A stretch of DNA of 33,122 nucleotides from Parcubacteria group bacterium CG11_big_fil_rev_8_21_14_0_20_39_14 (lineage in GTDB: Bacteria > Patescibacteriota > Minisyncoccia > Minisyncoccales > GCA-002787255). Shown here piece by piece: positions 1-7,549 of the stretch. The stretch is taken from positions 8,425 to 41,546 of the forward strand of contig PCWD01000012.1 in the NCBI GenBank assembly GCA_002787255.1, written 5' to 3'. The translations under genes and the position numbers were made by a program. Position 1 is the stretch's first letter; the number at the start of each line of letters is the position of its first letter. A model generated the notes under the pieces. The model was not told where the DNA came from, made no database searches, and saw nothing but the letters and a program-made list of their open reading frames with translations.

Positions 1-200
1 TCAAAGGCGGCGCACTCGTCCTATCCTTTAGGGGAGGGGACTCGGCCCTATTCGGGCAGCCCCCTTTTGACAAAGAGGCCGGGTTGTCTCTCGCTTTCTG
101 CGCCTATCTTGTCCAGCCCTTCAACCGAAGATTGAGGGCTGTCGGAATTTGTCCCGCCCCTTTCTCGGAAAGGGGCGGGGTCCGAGACGATGAAATAAAA
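1..200 (-). ncRNA. GC-rich, helix-dense segment; candidate structured non-coding RNA of unknown class, probably continuing past the left window edge (strand uncertain)
   Basis: About 60% G+C over 1-180, against about 30-37% in flanking DNA. Nested complementary blocks: 9-14 ggcgca / 99-104 tgcgcc; 114-120 cagccct / 135-141 agggctg; 142-146 tcgga / 181-185 tccga; 153-164 / 168-179 (perfect 12-bp stem). The 121-134 loop reads c-UUCG-g on the minus strand. No ATG/GTG in the open frame and the translation is not protein-like. Confidence 0.3.
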
Positions 201-207
201 GAAAACT

Positions 208-239
208 AAAAGCGCTGGCAAAAGAATGTCGGCGCTTTT
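208..239. terminator. Bidirectional intrinsic-terminator-like hairpin downstream of the distal pilin gene
   Basis: Stem 212-219 gcgctggc / 228-235 gtcggcgc (8 bp including two G-T pairs) with an 8-nt loop. A-run 208-211 and T-run 236-239 flank it. It lies about 90 nt past the stop of 327..659 (minus). Confidence 0.45.
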
Positions 240-326
240 CTCATTTGTCCCATCAACAAAAAAAACAGGCCGGAAATCAAAAACCGCTTGAAAAAGCCAA
301 TGACGAGCTTCCAGTCCCGAGTTTCT

Positions 327-659
327 TTAATCTATTCCTATTATCATTTTTACGATAGGGATTATCGTTCTTGAAAGCAGCGCCACCGCTATGCCGATTG
401 CGGCGTATAGAAGTTTGTCTCTGGCTGAAGCGACTTTAGTTGCGTCTCCGCCGGCGGTCAAAAATTGAAACGCGCCCATTATAATAAATATAACGGCAAT
501 AATCAGAAAAATGGCAAAGAACCAGTTCACAACATTGTTAAGTATTGTTAATATGTCTATATCCTGCTCTTGCGGACCTTCCGGGGTGGGACCAATGCCA
601 ATGGCAAACGGGGCAAAAAGAAGACCAGAAAATAAAATTGGAACTATATATTTTCGCAT
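327..659 (-). CDS. TrbC/VirB2-like type IV secretion pilin family protein (CPR-type 'T4SS pilin')
   Basis: 110 aa with an N-terminal hydrophobic signal/TM segment. A second helix is followed by AFQFLTAGGDATKVASARDKLLYAAIGIAVAL, the TAGG(D/N)..K..AK..L..A.IG signature of this pilin family. It is a paralog of 962..1315. Confidence 0.7.
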   Translation of the reverse strand: MRKYIVPILFSGLLFAPFAIGIGPTPEGPQEQDIDILTILNNVVNWFFAIFLIIAVIFIIMGAFQFLTAGGDATKVASARDKLLYAAIGIAVALLSRTIIPIVKMIIGID

Positions 660-675
660 ATATTCTTTAAAACAA

Positions 676-733
676 TGAATTTCTATCAGTTTCTATAAAT
701 TTCTTTTTTAAAAAAGAAATTAATAGAAATTTG
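676..733. repeat. Intergenic 'TTTCTATAAATTTC' word cassette, copy a
   Basis: gtttctataaatttc (689-703) faces gaaattaatagaaat (716-730). The same words occur at 2692-2771 and 8678-8754. Confidence 0.7.
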
Positions 734-837
734 CTCTTCCTGTCAGCTGGCGGCCAGCTGGCGGATTCGCGAAACTTATATAGAAACTCTTTGTTTAAAT
801 GTTTTTATCCGACCTTTTAGCCGAAAAGCCAATGTTT

Positions 838-916
838 ACCCAGTAGAGCAACTTTGACTTGCTCCGCAAAATGAGATTTTCTAAAAGAAAATTTTGTCAA
901 AGTTGTCTTACTGGGT
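838..916. repeat. Long imperfect inverted repeat (21-nt arms) between the two pilin genes
   Basis: 838-858 acccagtagagcaactttgac versus 896-916 gtcaaagttgtcttactgggt (18/21 complementary). The spacer holds a smaller palindrome, agattttctaaaagaaaat. Confidence 0.6.
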
Positions 917-961
917 TTAGCTCCGACTACATAAATTGTTAAATTGTCTAATTGCTAATTG

Positions 962-1315
962 CTATCCCTCCACTCCCAATATCATTTTAATAAGGTTAAC
1001 AATTCCGCCGGCCAGCAAGACAATGGCTATGCCGATTGCCAGGTATAAAAGAAGGTTCTTGGCTTTCTTGAGTTTTTCAGGATTCCCGCCGGCTGTCATA
1101 AACATAAAGCCGGCAATAATAGCCATTATGGGAACGATTGCCAATGCCACCATATACAAAAACTTCCAAATTTTACCCAATACTACCTGAATATCGCCTC
1201 CGGTTTGAAGGGGGTCTTCAAATGTAAGCGACAGGACACTTTCTTTTAGGGCAAAGAAAGTTGTTCCCGTTGTTAAAACCATTAGCAAAATGTAAATAAG
1301 TCTTTTGGAAAACAT
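962..1315 (-). CDS. TrbC/VirB2-like type IV secretion pilin family protein, paralog 2
   Basis: 117 aa with an N-terminal TM segment, then GFMFMTAGGNPEKLKKAKNLLLYLAIGIAIVLL, the same signature as 327..659. The start is 9 nt after the stop of the upstream solute-binding-protein gene. Confidence 0.7.
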   Translation of the reverse strand: MFSKRLIYILLMVLTTGTTFFALKESVLSLTFEDPLQTGGDIQVVLGKIWKFLYMVALAIVPIMAIIAGFMFMTAGGNPEKLKKAKNLLLYLAIGIAIVLLAGGIVNLIKMILGVEG

Positions 1316-1324
1316 AATAAAATA

Positions 1325-2656
1325 CTACTTTTTAAAGAATAAAGACAGTTGTTCGGCCGCGGCCTTCATTGTTTTTTCAATGTTTTGGCCATCTACTATT
1401 AATTCTATCATATCTCCGAAGATTCGGTCAACCGCTAAATTGTCCGGCTGGTACCAGCTTTTAGCTGAAAGGGACTGGTCTAAAAATACTGAAATTTCAG
1501 GATTTTCAGTTTTTTGCCAGGTAATCAAATCGCGTCTGGCTGTTGGATGACCGCTAACCCTCAAATAGCTTTTAATATTTTCAGCTCGGGAAAGCTCGGT
1601 TAAAAACTCCCAGGCCGCCAAAGGATATTTTGAGTTGGCTCCAACGGTCAAGCCCCAATAATTCGGATAATTTATCGGCACCCTGATATCTTTTGGCTGG
1701 GGCAGAGGAGAGATTGAAAAATCAAGCCGGGCGGCTTTTTCTCGAAGGGTTGGCAAATGATGAGAATAATTAAGCATCATCGCGGTTTTTTCTACATAAA
1801 AAGAATCAATTGAGTAATGCATATTTTTGTTCCAGGTATAGACCTTTTTAAGGGGATTGGCAAAGTCTGTATAAAACTCAAGAGCTCTGGCCCCGGGAGA
1901 AATTCTTTCTTCGCCGAACTCTATTTCTTTTCTGAAAACTTCTTTTTGCTTTTCTTTATCGGTGATTTCTGTGCCGCTTTGGAGCATTAAAGCCGCCAGG
2001 ATGTCGGTTGAGCGATTTATGTTTTTGGCCGTTCCCATTGCCGCTCCCGCTCTGATAATATCTCCTTTTTCGTTTAATCTGGTTAATTTGGGCACAACTT
2101 CAATAAATTCCTCCCAGGTTTTGGGGGGCTCCGGGATTTTTTCCTTGGCAAATATGCTTTTGTTCCAATAAAGAGCCATAGTATCAACATAAATAGGCAG
2201 AGCGTAAATTGTCTCATCTTCAATAAAATCGCTAAAAGCGACATCAACAAAAACATTTTGGAAATCATAAGGCGTCATAAATTTGAATTCCTTTTCCTTG
2301 CCGGGGATAATTTTGGGCATAGGATAAATTTTTTCTTTGTGTTTTGGGAGCCAGGTGTGGTGAAAATAAAAAATATCGGGACCCCCCCCGCTGGCCAGAG
2401 CATTAACGAGGTCTTTTTCGTATTCTAAATAATCTCTTTTGTAATATTTTATTTCGCAATTTTTATGCTTCTTTTGATAAGAAGCAATTATTTCTTCAAA
2501 AACTTTGGGCTCATCAAAAATTCCCCAGATGGCGAGTTTGTATTTTGGTCCAACCGGTGTTCTCAAGCCGGGAATTACCCCGGTAATTAAAAGCAGGGCA
2601 AAGATTATTACTATTGAAACACCGGCTATAATAATGATATGGAATCTTTCAAACAT
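1325..2656 (-). CDS. Extracellular solute-binding protein, ABC transporter family 1 (sugar-type), membrane-anchored
   Basis: 443 aa with an N-terminal TM anchor (IIIIAGVSIVIIFALLLITGVI). Size and motifs fit a family-1 SBP (IWGIFDEP, LYWNKSIF, PKTWEEFIEV). Ends with TAG at 1325-1327. Confidence 0.75.
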   Translation of the reverse strand: MFERFHIIIIAGVSIVIIFALLLITGVIPGLRTPVGPKYKLAIWGIFDEPKVFEEIIASYQKKHKNCEIKYYKRDYLEYEKDLVNALASGGGPDIFYFHHTWLPKHKEKIYPMPKIIPGKEKEFKFMTPYDFQNVFVDVAFSDFIEDETIYALPIYVDTMALYWNKSIFAKEKIPEPPKTWEEFIEVVPKLTRLNEKGDIIRAGAAMGTAKNINRSTDILAALMLQSGTEITDKEKQKEVFRKEIEFGEERISPGARALEFYTDFANPLKKVYTWNKNMHYSIDSFYVEKTAMMLNYSHHLPTLREKAARLDFSISPLPQPKDIRVPINYPNYWGLTVGANSKYPLAAWEFLTELSRAENIKSYLRVSGHPTARRDLITWQKTENPEISVFLDQSLSAKSWYQPDNLAVDRIFGDMIELIVDGQNIEKTMKAAAEQLSLFFKK

Positions 2657-2691
2657 TGAACGAAAATCTCAAGCGCCAAACGCCAAGCAAT

Positions 2692-2771
2692 AAATTTCCA
2701 TAAATTTCGCGAAGCCAGGTTTCTATAAATTTCTGAAACTTATTGAAATTTGTAGAAACTAATAGAAATTA
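2692..2771. repeat. Intergenic 'TTTCTATAAATTTC' word cassette, copy b
   Basis: 2735-2771 gaaacttattgaaatttgtagaaactaatagaaatta matches 8718-8754 at 36/37. It also contains gtttctataaatttc (2719-2733), aaatttccataa and ttcgcgaagc, which recur in a different order in copy c. Confidence 0.8.
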
Positions 2772-2813
2772 TTTGTTTGGAATTTGTGATTTGGAAAATT
2801 AAGATTAGAAATT

Positions 2814-3386
2814 TTAGGTTAGTTTAGCCATAGTCAGGCCATAATGATATTCTCCGGCTGAAAATTCCCTGATTATTCTAAAACCTTCACTCTCGGCCAA
2901 TCTCTTTGCGGTTTCTCTGGAAATCCTTGTTCTTCTCGGCGGTCCGACAAAAGAATCTTCTGACCAATCAACCATTATTAAACTCCCTTGTTTTTTCAAA
3001 ACTCGGGTAGCTTCTTTTAGAATTTCTGATTTGCCCGGTGACTGATACAATATATTTGCCAATAAAACCAAATCCATAGAATCATCGGGCAGCCTGGAGC
3101 CTTTTTCTTTTTCTAAATCCCCCTTAATGTATTTAATATTTAAAAGGCCTTCTTTTTTTGCCATAGACCTGACTGCTCCCAAGGCCGAATTTTGAATATC
3201 AATAGCATAAACTATTCCATTATCTCCGGCAGCTTTTGCCAGGGGAATGGAAAAATATCCGTGGCCGCAGCCAAAATCAGCGATTTTCATTTCCAGCAAA
3301 ATCCCAAATTCTTTGATTACGAACTCGGGTTTTATAAAGCCCCCGGCACCTCTCGGAAACTTCGTTTCCATGAAATCAAATATCAA
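2814..3386 (-). CDS. Class I SAM-dependent methyltransferase
   Basis: 190 aa with motif I ADFGCGHGYFSIPLA, an acidic post-I residue (YAIDI) and typical Methyltransf_11-like length. Confidence 0.85.
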   Translation of the reverse strand: MIFDFMETKFPRGAGGFIKPEFVIKEFGILLEMKIADFGCGHGYFSIPLAKAAGDNGIVYAIDIQNSALGAVRSMAKKEGLLNIKYIKGDLEKEKGSRLPDDSMDLVLLANILYQSPGKSEILKEATRVLKKQGSLIMVDWSEDSFVGPPRRTRISRETAKRLAESEGFRIIREFSAGEYHYGLTMAKLT

Positions 3387-3517
3387 ATATCAAAAATCAA
3401 AATATAATAAAGTTTTAAGATTTATTAATTTTGAATTTTAATTTGCCTGCCCCGTAGCGAACTTTGTTTTTTGCTACTCGGGGTCATTTTGCATTTTGAT
3501 TTTTGCATTTTGAATTT

Positions 3518-5941
3518 TTAAACGCAGGTGGCTGAAACCACCTTATCGCCTTCCCCCAATGTCATTATTTTTACTCCCTGAGTAACCCTTCTCATTAAAG
3601 AAATATTTTTTAAATCCACTCTTATTACCTGACCCTTTTGGGAAACAGCTATTAAACTTTCTTCATCTTGCGATAAAACTTTTGCCCAGATAAGATTACC
3701 GGTTTTTTTTGTTAACTTAAATGTTTTTATTCCCAAACCTCCTCTTTTTTGAATTCGGTAATCTTTTAATTTTGTTCTCTTTCCAAACCCATTTTCCGAC
3801 ACCACTAACAATTCTAAACCTTGTTGCTTATTTTTGATTATTCCCATCCCCACAATTTCGTCCCCCTCTTTTATGTTCATGCCTTTTATTCCGGAAGTTC
3901 CCCGGCTCATCGGCCTTAAAGAGTCCTGGGAAAATCTGATTGATTGCCCAAATTTGCTTACTAAAATTATTTCATCTCCATCATTGCAGAGCCAGGCAAA
4001 AGCAAGAAGGTCGTTCTTTCGAAGCTTTATTGCACAAATTCCTGTTTTTCGGATGTTTTTAAAGGAGTCTTGTGGCGTTTTCTTTATTATACCACAAGAG
4101 GTAACCATTACTAAATATTTTTGAGACTCTTTTTTTCGCAAAGGAACCATAGCGGTAATTTTTTCGTCCGGCCTCAATCCCAAGAAGTTAAACAGGGATT
4201 TTCCGCGAGATACCCGATTTGCCTCGGGAATTTCATAAACTTTGGTTTCGAAAATATTGCCCTGGTTGCTAAAGAAAAGCAATATATCATGGGTCATAGC
4301 TGAAAGAAAATGGGTAACAAAATCTTCTCTTTCCTGGGAAATGCCGATAATCCCCTTGCCTCCGCGTTTTTGAATTTTGTAAGAATTCGGATTAACTCTT
4401 TTGATATAGCCGGTCTGGGTTAAAGAAATGAGCATTTCTTCCTGGGGAATGAGGTCTTCTCCGGAAATTTCGTCAACCTTTTGGGAAAAGACTTTGGTTT
4501 TCCGCTGGTCGCCGTATTCCTCTCGGATTTCCCTAAACTCTTCGATAATTTTGTTGGAAATTAATTTCGGGTATTTTAAAAGTTTGTTAAGTTCTTTTAT
4601 TTCTTTGACTTTTTTGGAATATTCTTCCTCAATTTTTTTTCGTTCAAGCCCGGCCAGAGCTGACAGAGGCAGCTGCAAAATTGCTTGAGCTTGAGCTTTT
4701 GAAAATTTAAATTCCTTAAGCAGGTTTATTCCGGCATCTTCCTTCGTTTTGGACTTTTTTATTATCCTTATGACCAAATCTATTTTTAGAAGAGCTTTTC
4801 TCAGTCCCTCTAAAATATGGAGTCTCTCTTTTGATTTTAATAAATCATATTCCGTTCTTCTCTTAATAACTGTTCGGCGATGCTCAATAAAATGCCAGAG
4901 GACATCCTTTAAAGACAAAACCTGGGGCTGGATTCCTCCAACCAAAGCTAAAATGTTTAAATAAAAAGGTTTTTGCAAATCAGTAAATTTATAAAGTTGA
5001 TTTAGGATTTTTTGGGGAAAAGCTCCGCTTGAGAGGTCCATAACTATTCTTATGCCCTCCCTACTAGATTCGTCTCTAATTGCTCGGATGCCGTCTATTT
5101 TCTTTTCTTTAACTAAATTAGCAATGTTTTCCACCAGGGCGGATTTTTGAACCTGAAAAGGAATTTCGGAAATTATGAGCTGGAGTTTTTGAGCTTCTAT
5201 AATTTCTGCTTTGCCCCGTATAATTATTGAGCCCTTGCCCTGGGAATAAGCTTCAACTATTGCTTTCTGGTCATAAATAAAACCCCCGGTTGGAAAGTCG
5301 GGACCTTTTATAAACTGGAGAAGGTCAAAGCAAGTAGACTTTGGGTTTTTGACCAAAAAAATTAAACCGTCGCAAAGCTCTGAAAGATTGTGAGGGGGAA
5401 TGTTTGTTGCCATACCAACGGCAATTCCAACAGTCCCATTAAGTAAAAGTTGGGGAATTTTTGACGGCAAAACAGTCGGCTCTTTTCTGGTTTCATCATA
5501 ATTATCAAGAAAGTCAACTGTATTTTTATCAATATCACTCAATATCTCTTCGCCAATTTTTGAAAGCCTGGCTTCCGAATAGCGCATCGCGCTCGGGGGA
5601 TCGCCGTCTATTGAGCCAAAATTCCCTTGCCCCTGAACTAGCGGGTATCTTAAAGAAAAATCCTGGGCCATTCGAACCAAACTGTCATAAATTGCTATAT
5701 CTCCGTGAGGATGATATCTTGACATTGTATTGCCAACAATCATTGCTGATTTTCTAAATTTGGCATCATGTTTTAAACCATCTTCGTGCATTGCATACAA
5801 AATTCTTCGATGAACCGGCTTTAAACCGTCCCTGACATCAGGCAGCGCCCTTGAGACAATAACGGACATCGCGTAGTCAATATAGGACTCTTTCATTTCC
5901 TCGGTTATTTCTCTTTTTTGAATATTCTGCATAAATTCCAT
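3518..5941 (-). CDS. gyrA: DNA gyrase subunit A
   Basis: 807 aa with [19 protein letters not shown], the active-site Tyr context AMRYSEARL, and C-terminal beta-pinwheel repeats. An alternative start lies at the second ATG (5932). Confidence 0.97.
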   Translation of the reverse strand: MEFMQNIQKREITEEMKESYIDYAMSVIVSRALPDVRDGLKPVHRRILYAMHEDGLKHDAKFRKSAMIVGNTMSRYHPHGDIAIYDSLVRMAQDFSLRYPLVQGQGNFGSIDGDPPSAMRYSEARLSKIGEEILSDIDKNTVDFLDNYDETRKEPTVLPSKIPQLLLNGTVGIAVGMATNIPPHNLSELCDGLIFLVKNPKSTCFDLLQFIKGPDFPTGGFIYDQKAIVEAYSQGKGSIIIRGKAEIIEAQKLQLIISEIPFQVQKSALVENIANLVKEKKIDGIRAIRDESSREGIRIVMDLSSGAFPQKILNQLYKFTDLQKPFYLNILALVGGIQPQVLSLKDVLWHFIEHRRTVIKRRTEYDLLKSKERLHILEGLRKALLKIDLVIRIIKKSKTKEDAGINLLKEFKFSKAQAQAILQLPLSALAGLERKKIEEEYSKKVKEIKELNKLLKYPKLISNKIIEEFREIREEYGDQRKTKVFSQKVDEISGEDLIPQEEMLISLTQTGYIKRVNPNSYKIQKRGGKGIIGISQEREDFVTHFLSAMTHDILLFFSNQGNIFETKVYEIPEANRVSRGKSLFNFLGLRPDEKITAMVPLRKKESQKYLVMVTSCGIIKKTPQDSFKNIRKTGICAIKLRKNDLLAFAWLCNDGDEIILVSKFGQSIRFSQDSLRPMSRGTSGIKGMNIKEGDEIVGMGIIKNKQQGLELLVVSENGFGKRTKLKDYRIQKRGGLGIKTFKLTKKTGNLIWAKVLSQDEESLIAVSQKGQVIRVDLKNISLMRRVTQGVKIMTLGEGDKVVSATCV

Positions 5942-6030
5942 ACGAATGATTATGGAAATTATACCAATATGCGGATTCGCATATTGGCATTATTCGCATT
6001 CAATTCACACCCTTATTCGTATGATTCGCT
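5942..6030 (-). promoter_or_regulatory. Reused promoter/leader cassette ('ATTCGCAT/ATTCGTAT' words) upstream of gyrA
   Basis: In gene orientation: TGgTATAAT (rc of 5958-5966), then 16 nt (ttccataatcattcgt), then ATGGAATTTATG. The distal 57-nt block 5973-6029 matches 7305-7361 at 52/57. Confidence 0.55.
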
Positions 6031-6032
6031 CT

Positions 6033-6374
6033 TTATTTGGGAGCGGGGCTCTTTTTTTGTTGAGCATCTCCTTCTTTTTTGGTCCGTTTCTCTTCTTCAA
6101 AAAGTTTTTCAAATTCTTCAATTTCTAATCTTGAAGTTTCCTCAAGCTGTTTAACCTTTTCCCTTAACTGAATGGGCGGCAGTTCCTTTTTTATATCTTC
6201 AAGAATGTCCCCTGAGGATTTTTTAATTTTTCCGCTTTCAGTTTTCAGGTTTTCAAAATAATGCCCCAAATTTCTGAGCCAAAAAAAACCAATGATACCA
6301 ACTGAAATAATCAGGGCTACCCAGAAAATTTTTGTTTTTGTCTTCTCGGATTTTTTCTGTAATTTTTCAAACAT
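6033..6374 (-). CDS. Hypothetical membrane-anchored charged/coiled protein
   Basis: 113 aa with one TM helix (IFWVALIISVGIIGFFWL), then a K/E-rich tail. No family recognised. Confidence 0.5.
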   Translation of the reverse strand: MFEKLQKKSEKTKTKIFWVALIISVGIIGFFWLRNLGHYFENLKTESGKIKKSSGDILEDIKKELPPIQLREKVKQLEETSRLEIEEFEKLFEEEKRTKKEGDAQQKKSPAPK

Positions 6375-6560
6375 CCCAAAATAAAATTTCTAATTTTAAA
6401 TAAAATGTCTAATGCCAATGCTAATCTACGAATTAAAAAATGCTAATCCGCGAATATTAAATTCTTCCTGGATTCCCATTAAAAATTTCCGCATTATTCG
6501 TACTGGTATCAGTTGAGATTTTCATTAGAAATCAGGAATTAGGAATTTGTCATTTCAAGA

Positions 6561-7223
6561 TTATATCGGTTTCATTACCACCACCCTTGTTTCTTCTTGA
6601 GACAGCTCTTTTTTCTTGATAACTAATTTTTCTAGAGGTTCAACCTTTCCTCCCTTTATTGCCTTTAAAAAATTATCAATTCCTTCAAGCTTAATATTGA
6701 GCCCCGGAATTTTATAGTGCATTGGAATTGCTATTTTAGGCTCAAGTTGATTTACGAGTCTTGAAGCCCGTTCTCCGGAAATTGTAAATATTCCCCCGAC
6801 CGGTATCATTAAAACATCCACGCCATCCAATTTATCAAGTTGCTCTTCGGTGAGTTCTTTTTGTCCAAGGTCTCCTAAATGACAGATTCTGATTTCCTCA
6901 GATTCTATTACATAAATTGTTGATAGTCCTCGTTCCTTTCCCTCCTCTGCGTCGTGAAAGGCGGAGATTCCCTGAATGTTAATTCCTTTTATTTCATATT
7001 CGCCGGGCCCCTCAATTACAAAAGGCTCTCCTTTTATTGCTTTGATGTTGTTATGGTCGTAGTGGTCGTGGGTTACCAAAACTATATCACCTTGTCCCGA
7101 AGGCGGACGAAGCCCAATTGATTTATCAAATGGGTCAATATAAATTACCAACTCTTCTTTAGGGTTTCTGGTTTGAATTTTAAAACAGGAATGGCCGTAC
7201 CAGGTTATTGTCATAGATTCCAT
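6561..7223 (-). CDS. Metal-dependent hydrolase, MBL fold (UPF0173-like)
   Basis: MTITWYGHSCFKIQ N-terminus, HDHYDH metal motif and about 218 aa length. The ORF-track start at 7331 lies inside the promoter cassette and adds a non-homologous extension. The likely start is ATG 7223 or 7214. Confidence 0.85.
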   Translation of the reverse strand: MESMTITWYGHSCFKIQTRNPKEELVIYIDPFDKSIGLRPPSGQGDIVLVTHDHYDHNNIKAIKGEPFVIEGPGEYEIKGINIQGISAFHDAEEGKERGLSTIYVIESEEIRICHLGDLGQKELTEEQLDKLDGVDVLMIPVGGIFTISGERASRLVNQLEPKIAIPMHYKIPGLNIKLEGIDNFLKAIKGGKVEPLEKLVIKKKELSQEETRVVVMKPI

Positions 7224-7361
7224 ACGAATAATTATGCAAATTATATGCGAATTAAACAAATATGCGAATGAATTCAACAAACCCGCCATCCTGAGATTGC
7301 CAAAGAATTCGCATATTAGCATTATTCGCATTCAATTCGCATCCTTATTCGTATGATTCAC
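7224..7361 (-). promoter_or_regulatory. Reused promoter/leader cassette upstream of the MBL hydrolase
   Basis: In gene orientation: TATAAT (rc of 7240-7245), then 16 nt (ttgcataattattcgt), then ATGGAATCTATG. The distal block 7305-7361 matches the gyrA copy. Confidence 0.55.
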
Positions 7362-7430
7362 TTTCTATTTTATCACAAACCCTTGTCAAAATCAAAGGAT
7401 TGTTATAACCTTTACATAGAGCAGAAAGTC

Positions 7431-7545
7431 AAAGAATCTGTGTGGTTTGGTGTTCAAATCTGTGTGTATCTGTGTTGGAAAGTTTTTTACACAAAACAAC
7501 ACAAAAAAGAACACAGATAAACACAGAAAAATAATTAAAGATTAA
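7431..7545 (+). promoter_or_regulatory. Dyad word array (TCTGTGT x3, then ACACAGA/ACACAAA x4) forming the rpsA upstream/leader region
   Basis: tctgtgt at 7437, 7459 and 7469. acacaaa at 7489 and 7499; acacaga at 7511 and 7521. The array ends about 20 nt before the rpsA SD (aaagga) and ATG 7550. Confidence 0.5.
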
Positions 7546-7549
7546 AAGG

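Noticed and set aside
1-200. RNase P RNA, suggested by minus-strand strings gacaacccggcc and ccgaatagggcc.
   Set aside because: The two strings occur in the wrong order relative to bacterial RNase P. No GAGGAAAGTCC-type CR-I is present. Only about 120 nt are available upstream before the pilin terminator.
1-326. Reading frame that stays open for 108 codons after the pilin TAA stop to the window edge (minus strand).
   Set aside because: There is no ATG or GTG in frame, and the only TTG has no SD. The composition is not protein-like (RNSGLEARHW...SDPAPFRERGG...). The open frame is expected by chance in a GC-rich stretch.
936-1190. 84-aa plus-strand ORF antisense to pilin 2, and 8742..8969 antisense to 8758..9786.
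   Set aside because: These are shadow ORFs of better-supported genes. The second exists only because of the GC-rich island.
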